Source of the DNA: Takakia lepidozioides
Lineage: Eukaryota; Plantae; Bryophyta
Reading direction: 5' to 3'
DNA length: 64,000 nt
NCBI GenBank assembly: GCA_030704615.1
Contig: CM060734.1
Span: 48,360,001-48,424,000 of the forward strand
Below, piece by piece: positions 50,630 through 61,478 of this stretch. The stretch's first letter is position 1; every line of letters starts with the position of its first letter. Below the pieces are notes generated by a model. It was not told the DNA's origin. It saw nothing but the letters and a program-made list of their open reading frames with translations, and made no database searches. A program made the position numbers and the translations under genes.

Positions 50630-52020
50630 ATGAGCTCAGGCTGCAGGTGCAGAACATTGCCACAACTACTATAGACAATGTCTATAGTAGGATAGCAGAG
50701 TTACAAGAGGATGTAGACGGACTCCAGACTCAAGTGGAAGACCTCACTTCAAACATCGACCAAAGAGTCTATATCCCTCAGGAACAGCTAATGGCTTCTT
50801 ATTTACAAGCCAGAACTTTGGCTTTTCAGTCTTCACAGGAGGTGCAGGAGATGCCAATGATACAAGAGCCAGTACCACCACCACCACAACAAGTCACTGT
50901 ACCAGTAGCTGAACCTGTGGTTACTACAACCACACCACAGCCACCACAGCCGGAGGTATGGGGCAATGCCGCTTTTAACCCACCTAAAACTCCAGCTGCA
51001 AGGGAGTACAGCAGGGCTATGCTTATGCCCTTCAACCAAATTCCCATCATGTTGGATTTGGCTTGGAAAGAATTTAGTCCTCCGCAGTCATTCGCACATT
51101 ACTACCAAATCATGCGTATTTGGCTGCCAGTGGCAACTAGGACTAAAGTTCTTCCAAACAATCGACATATTGAAGATCATCACTTTGCACAATACTGGCA
51201 CGAGGCAGGTACCATGTTGAGGGAATTGGTTGCTTTCCAGGTTGTACATGGACTCATTTATACCAAGACCAAGGAGATAGCAAGTATTGTCATGGGGTGC
51301 GGGCTATACTACGCTGCTTGTTTTCTGGTACGTTACCACATTGAGCAACAAAAGATGCAAACACGCTTTCAAAGTTATTCCAGTGGAGATCATTGGGTAT
51401 TACCTTCGGTGCCACCTCATATGTACCTATATGACCCAAAAGTTATGATGCAAAAGGATTCTCAAATTCGTTCATGGTTTCAAGCAGCCTGCAACCATTT
51501 GTCAACACAGAAATTCGGCATTGATGACATTTTCTATAAGGGACATGTGGCATGGAAGTACTTGCACGCTGCACCAGTAATTGGTACCCCACTCACCTGG
51601 ACAGACAAGGAGCTCAGTGTCTACACCAATTTTGCTGTTCAGCGGTTACACCAAGTTGTAAAATGCAAACTTCCAGACATGGTAGGACAGCATTGTATGC
51701 CCCAGATGATTCCACAAAAGGTTCGAAAATTAAAACACCTGAGAGGTGATGAGGATTCTGATACAACTGTTTCTTCACAGAATTCTTTTGACATGGGAGA
51801 AGACTATGCAATTCAGATGGCAGAAAAGAAGCGACGGGGGTCTCCTATGCCGGAAAGGTTACCTCGATATCAGCCTCCAGAGGGCCTCACTTATCCAGGT
51901 AGTGATCAACCATCTCCGTCAACCAGAGACAGACCTCGGGCTCGTACACACAGTCCGCCACGAAACTCTCAACGTCAACAAGGTGCTCACTCACAAAGGT
52001 TTGCTACTCGGAAACAGTAA
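50626..52020 (+). CDS. 3' accessory ORF4, 464 aa, unknown function
   Basis: Uninterrupted frame. The start overlaps the ORF3 stop (ATGA at 50626-50629). Ends about 20 nt before the PPT. Confidence 0.78.
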   Translation: MNELRLQVQNIATTTIDNVYSRIAELQEDVDGLQTQVEDLTSNIDQRVYIPQEQLMASYLQARTLAFQSSQEVQEMPMIQEPVPPPPQQVTVPVAEPVVTTTTPQPPQPEVWGNAAFNPPKTPAAREYSRAMLMPFNQIPIMLDLAWKEFSPPQSFAHYYQIMRIWLPVATRTKVLPNNRHIEDHHFAQYWHEAGTMLRELVAFQVVHGLIYTKTKEIASIVMGCGLYYAACFLVRYHIEQQKMQTRFQSYSSGDHWVLPSVPPHMYLYDPKVMMQKDSQIRSWFQAACNHLSTQKFGIDDIFYKGHVAWKYLHAAPVIGTPLTWTDKELSVYTNFAVQRLHQVVKCKLPDMVGQHCMPQMIPQKVRKLKHLRGDEDSDTTVSSQNSFDMGEDYAIQMAEKKRRGSPMPERLPRYQPPEGLTYPGSDQPSPSTRDRPRARTHSPPRNSQRQQGAHSQRFATRKQ

Positions 52021-52041
52021 ACCGTGAGGACACGGCTTTTT

Positions 52042-52055
52042 GAGGGGGGAAGGGG
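52042..52055 (+). promoter_or_regulatory. Polypurine tract of the gypsy element
   Basis: GAGGGGGGAAGGGG, 3 nt before the 3' LTR. Confidence 0.9.
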
Positions 52056-52058
52056 TAA

Positions 52059-53108
52059 TGTTAGAGGACTGTAGGGGACTTAGACACTTATACGGGATCT
52101 GTAGGGTACCCTTAAATTTTGCACAGACTGAGACCAACAGGAGCCTTAGGGGTGACAGCAGCGCACTGTAGAGGGGGGTTACACAGTCGTCACAGCCCAC
52201 ACAGCCGTCACAGCCCACACAGCCAACACAGCCCGTCACAGTCGTCACAGCCCACACAGCCAACACACCAACACAGCCCGTCACAGTCGTCACAGTCGTC
52301 ACAGCCAACACAGCCAACACAGCCGACACAGCCGATACAGCCCGGCACAGCCGACACAGCCCGGCACAGCCACACAGCCAGTCACAGCCCGACACAGCCA
52401 AACACAGTCGCACAGCCAGTCACAGTCCGTCACAGTTTCACACAGCCAGTCACAGCTTGACACAGCTGTCACGATCATAGGGAACGAAGAGTAGGACAGG
52501 GAACGACTGTGGGGAACAACACCTGCGAAGGGAACATGTTAGTTCACAGACGACGGTTAGTGAGGGAAACGGTTAGAACTGCGGATAGGAAGATAAAAGG
52601 GAAAACGGGGAATGAAGGAGGGGGATTTTTATCATTATTCGGAGGAGGACTTCTTAGTCAGGCTGGAGCGGAGATCGGAAGCAAAGATGGAGAGCACGGT
52701 GAAGGAGGAAAGAGGATTAGTAGATGCTTGTTATATGCAAAGCTGTAGTGATATTGTAGAGCAGATTAGAGACACAATGGCTTCGGCCTGATACCTGATA
52801 AATCATAATCTGATACTTATACGATACAATCACACTGTGTAGAGAGATCTGAGTGAAGCTGTGGATTGAATGGATGAGTGAAGGAAACCGATAGATTGAT
52901 GAAGCAAACTGATACTTAATTATCAATGGTAAGGTAGCTAAGATGAATGCGGAAAGGGAAACAAATAGGAAACACCCCCATGATACACTAGCTGTAGGTC
53001 ATGACTGATTGTTCTGCGCGGGCTGAGTACTTAGAGATTTCCAACTCTTCTATCTTGGAGTTTCCGCCTCGGATAGCGAAGGGATGGGTGAGTAAAAGCC
53101 GCGCGACA
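52059..53108 (+). repeat. Gypsy 3' LTR (1050 bp)
   Basis: Direct repeat of 39670-40700. Confidence 0.95.
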
Positions 53109-53176
53109 GCCGTAACATTCACTATGACTGCGAACACAACCAACTCAAGCACCAAGGCTACTAGGAGAATTCCCAT
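53109..53176 (-). pseudogene. GDSL exon 1a, 5' part (signal-peptide-like)
   Basis: MGILLVALVLELVVFAVIVNVTA, homologous to LGALVLEFLVVFVVIVNATA in gene B; joins the 39464-39669 piece across the TSD. Confidence 0.88.
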
Positions 53177-53548
53177 TGGGGTGTTGGGAATGGTATCTCC
53201 TGAAGATAAAACTAGGCACACTTTACGAATTTATGGTCCAGCTAGAGTAAGTCTATATCGCTGATCTACCCTTGATCTACGAAATAGAGTTTCCCCCAAT
53301 CTAGTTTCTGGTCGCTTTGCAGCCCTATCTTTGGAGAGTTGTATAAACCAAGCAGCTAATCAGCTCCCCCTGTCACGCCTCTGCAAGCCCATACAACTTA
53401 TATATGAGCACAACCACCGACAGGACAACCCAAGGATATGCGAGAGCTCTGCGACTGGTATCGGCGGTGTCTAGAGGCGCAGCAGTGCCAAGCCCTCGAG
53501 CAATTGCGATGTTCATGGCAGGTTGGACGCCTTTCCTCCATCGCCCCT

Positions 53549-54728
53549 GGGTGAAAAGATTGCCGTATAGATAGCACCTGAAGTGTGCCACGGCCCACAC
53601 TGCAGCTAAGCACTCTCCCTCATATGAGCTGTACTTAGCCTCTGCAGCGTTGTTTGAGCGGCTAGCATAAGCCACTACGAACTCTCTTCCCTCATCATCC
53701 ACCTGTGTGAGCACCGCTCCAAGCCCCAGCATGCTCCAATCCATATGCAGCTGAAAGGGACGCCCCCTGATAGGTCGTCTCAGGATAGGCGCCGAGGTCA
53801 ACCTCGCCTTGAGCTCTTGAAAAGCTCGTTCCTGCTCATCTTCCCACTGCCACTCCTGGTCCACCTTGGTCAGCTTGGTTAGAGCCTTTGCAATGGTACT
53901 AAATCCCTTGACAAACCGTCTATAATAGTTTGCCAACCCCATGAAAGCTCGAACTCGGCTCACATCCGTGGGACGTGGAATTTGTGCAATGGCCTCTACC
54001 TTAGTCTGTTGTACCCCCAATCCTCCAGGATATATCATGTGACCCAGATACTCAATCTGGTTGTGGAAAAACTTGCACTTCCCCGGATGCAACTTCAATC
54101 CGTGCGCTCTCAAGCGCTCCAATACCACCTGAAGGTGTCTCTCATGCTCCTCCATCGTAACACTAAAGATGATGATGTCATCTATGTAGCACCGAGCAAA
54201 GTCCACCCCTGCTAGAATCCTATCCATGACTCTCTGAAACTCTGCAAGAGCATTCTTAAGCCCAAATGGTAAGAACCGCAACTAATATAGGCAATCCTTG
54301 CTGTGCTCATTGATCCCCCAGAATGCCGTCTTCTGCTTGTCCGCCTCCTTGATTGGCAACTGGTGATATCCGGATCGTAAATCCAAAGTGCTAAAGGCCT
54401 TAGCATGCCCGATGGCATCAAAGATCTCCTCTGGTGTTGGCATGGCATACTTATCGGACTTGGTCTGACGATTTACAGGCCGGTAATCACCGCACATACG
54501 TCTCTCCGTCCAATTGCCATAGACATCCTTCTTGGCTGGCATCACTGTGGCTGAAGCATACTCTCCACCAGAGAGCTCCACCAAACTTGCCTCCCAGAGA
54601 TCTTGAGTCCTCATCTGAATCAAAGACCTCTCCATGCCACTGTATCTATAGGGTCTCCGAAAGATTGGCGTGTCAGTGGCCAACTCAATACGGATCTCTT
54701 GACCCTTCAGTGCTCCCAAGTCCTTCAA
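53549..54728 (-). pseudogene. Gypsy reverse transcriptase and partial RNase H
   Basis: RMCGDYRPVN, STLDLRSGYHQL, LPFGLKNA, YIDDIII, EYLGH, FMGLANYYRRFV, LGAVL, YASRS, ECLAAVWAV; cut after LYGNLFT. Confidence 0.95.
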
Positions 54729-55179
54729 ACTGAAGGCAAAGCAATTCCTGTAAGCCCTCAGGAACCGCCGTACACGTCATCTCTCTCCTCCGGTGACAAT
54801 GGGTCCAATGTCAGGCTCCCAATTGTCCTTCGTAACTGCAACCTTAAGTCCAGTGGGCTTAGAGGTAGAGGACACGTCCAGTGGTTGCTATGTTGCAACC
54901 TCTTGAGCAGTACTCCCTGCCTGCTCAGTCAATGACAAGGCCTCATCCTGCCCCATCATCTCATCCTTGAGGACCTCCTCAACCCGAGAAGAATCCCCAA
55001 CCTCATCCATCACAGCCGCCTTGGCTGCCAACTCCCTCTGAACCTCGAGCACCTCCCACGTGTGCCATGGATGCATGCACCCCGTGGTCCTCACATGCTC
55101 GCACCCACTCACTGCCTGTACCGTCTCGGTAGGCAGAGAGACCATTGAGGGAAGTGTACTCCGCACTCTGCGTTGCTCA

Positions 55180-56135
55180 GCCAGAGCCAAGCTGATAATC
55201 CAGGTCAAGCAATTGAGATCCATTGCTTGCCCCAACACTTGACGACGTGATGCCTCAGAAAGAGACGACACCGCCGTGGTACCAGTGGTAAAACCCATTG
55301 CCCGCTCACGCTCGTCAGCATTAGGCTACACTAACTGCTGCAACTGAGCATCCCACAGGAGGCCAGGTCCACTATCCCGAAAAGCATGCGATCCTGGGAA
55401 GCTGAGCAGTGTAGGTAATGCTGCTCGTGGTTGATTCACCTTGTTGATCACTGCCAAAGGTGAACAGTCATCGTGTCTCACACGCTGAGACTGCCTCCCT
55501 GTGTCTAGAATGTTATCCATTGTGAGATGTGCTGGCCGCTGCACCCCATCAAATGCACGCTTGAGCAGTGCGGATGACATCAAGTTAGTCCACCATAGCC
55601 GTGGACGATGAGCCCGTGACCCCACTGTAGCTGCATCTAGCAACACTGCTGACCCAAGCCACGACCGGACTTGATGCACACTGGCCATCACCCTGGCCCG
55701 AGAATCGCCCATCAGTGGCACATTCTCCAAGATGTATGCTGGAGATACAGCTTGATGAAGCTGCAAGTGGCGCAAAACCCGCACCATCTCCCAAAACAGA
55801 CCCGACCTCGAGTCTCGCAATCCATTGCCATGCCCGGCTGATGAATGCCTTTGGCAGGGCCAACCTGCCACTACCAGATCAATGGAGCCAACCCGCTCCA
55901 AATCCTGCGCCCCCATCAACGAAATGTCTGCTGGCAAGGCCTGCTGATATCCATGAATTGCAGACACCGACAACAACTTAGGGTACCGCTGCACCAACTG
56001 AGCAACATGGTGAAGTGAAACGCGTCGTGCAGTCTCATCCCTCTCCACATACAGGTAACACCGAACTCGTACACCTGCATGTAACACAGCAGTCAATCCG
56101 GTGATCCCACCAAACAAGTCCAGAAGACAAATGCC
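55180..56135 (-). pseudogene. C5 cytosine DNA methyltransferase domain (DNMT3-like) inside the retrotransposon polyprotein; one in-frame stop at 55326-55328
   Basis: Motif I LDLFGGI, II YVERD, III ADI, IV GWPCQ (55851-55865), SGLF, VI LENV, VIII LDAATVGSRAHRPRLWWTNL, IX ERERAMGF, X RRQVLGQAM. Confidence 0.93.
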
Positions 56136-56528
56136 TTCATCCGGATACTGCCACACAATAGGTGTGGTGTCCAATGGAGACAACTGAGGTGGTCGAGGTG
56201 CAATCCCCGCACTCTCCTCCTCTCCTGATGGTACAAAAGCCTCCACCCAGGCTTGTTGCACCCGTTGATCAGCATCCCGCTGCAAATCCTTGCTCGTGCC
56301 CCACAATGGAGTCTGAGCAACCATGGTAGGCAACTCCGCCATACCATACATGTCATCCTGATCTGCTAGAGGTGACACATCCTCTGCATGGGCATTGCCC
56401 TCCAGCAACTCTCCAGGCCAAGTCACTGCAGCTCTGAATGCTGCCAGTGTCGGCATTTTGCCTCGTTGGGCAACCGCAACTCCTCCTATGAACGTCATAG
56501 GGAGCTGCACACGCTGGCCCTCCCCTGA

Positions 56529-57641
56529 CTACCATCCAGGCCTATAGGAAGCTGACTCCTCCCAAAAATCCAGGGTGAAGCCCATGGGGTACAACACTGC
56601 CCCACCAACCAGGACATCGTATGAGACCGCATCTGTCACAATGGCCTTGGCTCGCATCACTGAGCCATCTGTAGGGTGATTCGGCCGTAATCTGATAGCC
56701 AACTCACGCCGTGTCATGCCTCCAGCCTGCTCCGATCCTCCCAGAGACGTCTGTATCTGGAAAAGACAAGGCTCCATATCCGCCTCCGTGAGGCCCAAGC
56801 CTGCAATAGCAGCTCTGCCCAGCATCAATGGCTGAGCTCCCGAGTCCAACAAGACCCGCAGTGGCCGGTACCTCTTGCCTGCCGGTCCACTCAAACAGAA
56901 AATGTCATCCTGGTTGTCTAACATGACAACTCCAGGTGTCACCATGGCGCGCTCAATGGCTGGCCTAGCTGGCAGCTCCATCAACCTGGCAGCTGCAGCT
57001 TGCCATGGCGCCGCCGTGGCAGTCTTGACCCTCAAATCCGAGGATCCCTCGGGCACTACACCTCCCACTATCTCCGCAGAAGATGAAGTAACCTCCCCAC
57101 TCTCACAGAGTGTAGCTGCCAGCCTGAACACCTCAGCTGGTCTTATCCCCGGCGTCGCAATCATGGTAGCCGAGAACAATGGAGCCTGGCACACACATGT
57201 GGCCGCTCCCAGCGGCACACTAGCTGCCGTAGTGTTGGCAACACTAGGTAGTGGTGCTACCCGTGTAGCTCTCCCCAATGGCATAGTAACCTCCGCCTCG
57301 GTAACAGTCGGGCGAGAACTAGGTGCCATGGATGGCGTCAACACTGTCTCCGCCAATGTGATTGACTGAGGAAGCCTAGCCTGACGGCTTGCCTCCCCAC
57401 GTTGTGGATCCAACTCCACCTCTGCACCTCGTGGCTCAGGAAATCGTGCTGCTCCTCGAGTCACGGCTGCAGCAGACTTGACCTGCACTAGTGGTAGTGC
57501 TGCTCCGCACATGAATCCCATGCCTCCCATATCTCCTCCCTCAAGAACAGGAGGTGGACCATCCGGCCTTGGAGCCGGTACCACCTGAGTTGTAGCCATG
57601 GCAGCGAGCCTCTGCTCTAGCTGCTGAAGCCGGTTGGCCAT
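56529..57641 (-). pseudogene. Linker plus retroviral-type aspartic protease
   Basis: RVLLDSGAQPLMLG and SYDVLVGG. Confidence 0.85.
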
Positions 57642-59025
57642 GCCTTGGTCACCACCCTGACCCCCTCATCCTTGGCCATGTTGAGCTTGTCCTTGGCCTG
57701 CACCTCGTGCCTGGCCACCTCGTCCTCACTGGGCTGCTCCACCTCGCCCCCGGCCACCATTGTTCCCTTGGAACTGGCCTGGGCGCAACTCAGGATGCAA
57801 ACCATAACAATGGGCCTCTCCATGCCCATACTTGCCACAATGCCCATACTGCAACTGTGCAGGCTGTGCATATGCTAGCCCTTTGTCTTCCTCTGGGCAA
57901 TCCTTCTGGACATGGGGTCCTCCACATGTCCAACACACCACATCTGCCCGTTGTTGGCCTGCAAATGAAGGGAGAGACCCCTGCATCTGAGGTCCTCTAT
58001 GTCCTTCTCTTGGCTTCACCTGGACCCCCTTGTTGCCTTGAGCACGTTGAGGTAGTGGTTGGCTAGGAGCACCACTACCCCGTGGTGTCTCCTTAGCAAA
58101 TCCCACCATGACCACTCGTTCCTCCACCATGTTGAGCTCTATCCGCTCTGCCAGCAAAAACACATTTGCTAAGGTAGGTTGGGCCGTTTGTAGGAGAGTT
58201 GCATCCCGCACCCTTCTCCTCGGCTCCTTGTCCAATATCCCATACCAGAATTGGACTGCCTGAGCTTCCGTAACCCCTTGGGTTACATTTATCAAGCGCC
58301 TCATGCGAGTGAAAGCCTCCCTCAAGCTCTCAGTCGGCTTCCATTGGAACTCTTGCAAGCTCCGCAACTTCTCTGTCCTCACCCCTTGGTAGTTCCCTCT
58401 TAACTCTTCGAAGAACTCCACAACAAGGTTGAAGGCAGGCACCGCCACTGGTGCTGGTGCAGCAGTAGCTTGGGTGGACGTCGTAGCTATGGTATCACCA
58501 GTCCCACTGCTGCTTGCTGAAGCTGCCGGTGTAGCCACTGCCCTTGTGGCTCTAGTGGTGCCCCTAGTGATGGAGACATAGTCGGGTGACCAGTACATCC
58601 TCCACTCCTTGATCTCAACCTCATGCCCCCGCCTGAACTCATGGTAATCATCCATAGGCGGCCCCTCAAGGTGTTGAAACAGCCCCTTCCATGCCATGAA
58701 AGGCGTAAATAGTTGTAGTTTGCGCATTTACTGCAAATCACACCAACTATCAAACTCTTGGATAAACCAACTCAATGGTGCCCACCACCCCAGAGTACCT
58801 TCGTGGCCCCTTGGTAGCTCCATACATCTCCTCCATTGTGTCCCACAACAATGGCAAGGAAACAACTTGCACCGCCGGTATGAGTCTTCCTGATTCACAA
58901 TCCGAATCAGAACCTTTCGTAGAAGACACAGGAGGTGAAGGTGGCCTAAACCGCACACCTTGTCTCGTGTACCCACTAGTATCGCTAGTGCTCGAACCGG
59001 CACTCTCCCCAGCAACTAGTGGCAC
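57642..59025 (-). pseudogene. Gag with zinc knuckles and a GRG-rich tail
   Basis: LQEFQWKPTESLREAFTRM, CWTCGGPHVQKDC, HCGKYGHGEAHC; probable frameshift near 58780. Confidence 0.82.
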
Positions 59026-59601
59026 CTCCGTGTTGACAAACTGTCACTCAACCGGTCATGAACATGTCTATAACCCCCTCAAAACCCTTGGGTAACTCCG
59101 TGATGACACTCACAATGTGCACCTCCCCCACGTGACACTATAAGGCTCTAGTATTAATTCTAATAGTGACACGGGTGGGCACCTATTGCAGTTTAAGGGT
59201 CATATCCCAGTGGCTCAGGGCACCTGCACCTACATCCACCGCAAGAACTCATATGGTTGGCTGGTCATCAACCCAGTCTCACCATAGAAGAAACACTGGT
59301 GGTCTTGCTGGTCATCACTCCAGCCTCACCACCGACAGCATACTCTAGGATTGACCGGTGATCAAATCCGGCCTAATCCCTATGAAAGCAAGCGCCCACA
59401 CAAAACCAACATGGCGCACAGTCAAGCATGCAGGTGTGGGGGGGGATCCAAACACAAGAAATCAGAACGACAACTCCCCCACACCAAAAAACAACTCCAC
59501 GGTGTTGCTCCTGCAAGGACACGTAATGCCTAACCCCAGCATGCTCTCATCCCGTCCAACAGTTGGAATCTGTCGCCAGTCAGTCCGCTCGTCAGTCGCC
59601 A

Positions 59602-59810
59602 GTCTGCTGGTGAGTCCACTCGCCAGTCTACCGGACTGAGTCAGTCCGCTTGCCAATCGCCAGTCTGCTCGTCAATCACCGGTCTGCTGGTGAGTCCACT
59701 CGCCAGTCTACCGGACTGAGTCAGTCTGCTTGCCAATCGCCAGTCTGCTCGTCAATCACCGGTCTGCTGGTGAGTCCACTCGCCAGTCTACCGGACTGAG
59801 TCAGTCCGCT
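59602..59810. repeat. Tandem repeat, 80-bp period, about 2.6 copies
   Basis: GTCTGCTGGTGAGTCCACTCGCCAGTCTACCGGACTGAGTCAG starts at 59602, 59682 and 59762. Confidence 0.95.
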
Positions 59811-60229
59811 GCAGAGCTGCAGAGAACCAGAAAGCAAGTGGAAGGAGCAGGGCTGCCCACAGCCTCTTCTTCATCAGTCGAATCAGTCTCAGGAGAAGCT
59901 GGAATGGCTTCATCACCAGCCCCCTTACATCTGGGGATCCAGTCCAAAGGTAAGGGAAAAGCCTCTCCAAACACGCCACTAAACTCAATGGCAAACAACC
60001 AAGCCCTGCTGGCTCCCAGCCCTTGTGAGCACTCATTCAAGCACTCTCCTTGGCCATAGCATCTGTCTTAGAGCCTATTCCAGCCCCCTACAACTGCCAC
60101 ATCAAGAGCCATGCTCTACCTAGGCTTGGGATTGAAGCCCCAACTCACATATGCCCTACAAGTGGTCTTCTTTCACCCAAGTGGGAACCAGCCCTAGCCC
60201 TTCCATTCTAGCTCTCTAAAGCTTGAAAA

Positions 60230-60660
60230 CAAAAGCCTCAATGGGCTGAAGGCATGCTCCACACATGCCCCACTCTCACCATGAGAGAATCAGCTCTTTT
60301 GCTTCATTTCTTGCACCCACAAACCTGAAAATACAAGCTTCAACAGGCTGAAAACATGCTCCACACATGCTCTACAGGGCAACCAGCCCCTTCTTTCCTT
60401 TCTTGCACTCCCAAACCTGAAAGTACAAGCCTTCAACAGGCTGAAAGCATGCTCCACACATGCTCTACAGGGCAACCAGCCCCTTCCTTCCTTTCTTGCA
60501 CTCCCAAACCTGAAAGTACAAGCCTTCAACAGGCTGAAAGCATGCTCCACACATGCATTGCCCTCACATAAGGGAAGTCAGCCCTTCCCTCTTCCTTGCT
60601 TGCCCTCCAAGCTTGAAGATGGCAGCTTCAACGAGCTGAATACATGCTCCACACATGCAA
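60230..60660. repeat. Tandem repeat, 93-bp period, with degenerate outer copies
   Basis: CTTCAACAGGCTGAAA.CATGCTCCACACATGC at 60338, 60431 and 60524; diverged copies near 60237 and 60625. Confidence 0.92.
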
Positions 60661-61478
60661 CCTCTTCACACAAGAGGTATCAGCCCCCTATCTTGGCTCC
60701 TTGGCTCCTTGATGCTCTCTAAGACAAGACTAAGCACTCCACAGCCCTTGCCAAGCTCCTGAAACCCTAAGGCTTACATTTCCAACCCCAAGACACACCT
60801 CTTGTGGTGCAAGAGCTCTTCTTCCAAGCTCTGAAACCCTAGGTGCACATTCCATGGCCTTGCCGCACATCTTAGCTTTTGTTCCAGCCCTGCTCTTGCC
60901 ATGACAAGAGCCCTCTCAATGTTGAAGCTCGAGATCCACATACTCCACAAAGTGCACTGATTTGCCCCAAGCCAAATCAGCCCTTTCGCTTGGTCTTACA
61001 ATCCTTCACACAATGAAAGCTCGCATTCCCAAGTCCAGTTCTCAGCTTTGCCACCAAGCCACTCCACGGTGCTCCTTGCATAACAACCTGGTTTCTCATT
61101 CTCAAGCAAAAACCACAAGTGCTACAACTAACTCGAACCTGGCACTCACAGACTCGGGCTGATCTTTCTCGAGTGATAAAGAAAGAAGAAAGAAGAAGAC
61201 ATACAAGCACAAGCTCACAAGCTGAAGCATAAACTCATGCATATATAACCTCATCACTCAAATACAAGTCAAGCCAAGTGCACCCCACGCCATGGGGAAT
61301 CCGCACTACGGCGCCATAGCTAGGCGCGGTGAGGCTCAACTTGAGAAAGATGAGCCTCCCGCGCTTGCCGTGAAGATAACCACTCCAGGGCCTAAATCTG
61401 CCTTGACCCCTGGATTGACACTTGGGCCAATCCCAAATGTCAATATGTAAAACTAGCTATTTCCTAGCTAGTTTCACA

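Larger units (their letters stand above)
39670..53108 (+). mobile_element. Young full-length Ty3/gypsy LTR retrotransposon (non-chromovirus, Athila/Tat-like), 13,439 bp, with one 5' and two 3' accessory ORFs
   Basis: LTRs 39670-40700 and 52059-53108 (TG..CA). TSD GCCGT (39665-39669, 53109-53113). PBS and PPT present. Domain order Gag-PR-RT-RH-INT. Confidence 0.97.
53371..59025 (-). mobile_element. Ty3/gypsy retrotransposon encoding Gag-PR-DNMT-RT-RH. Internally deleted (no integrase), with a putative 3' LTR remnant at 53371-53548. 5' boundary unresolved, possibly near 61420.
   Basis: ORFs starting at 58727, 57641, 56510, 55298, 54728 and 54281 are all in one frame, separated only by stop codons. 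The element ends in ..GTGACA on the minus strand. Confidence 0.9.

Noticed and set aside
55180-56135. Bacterial restriction-modification methylase or contamination
   Set aside because: The domain is in frame with eukaryotic gypsy protease and RT, has DNMT3-like motifs, has no neighbouring nuclease gene, and is flanked by plant genes.
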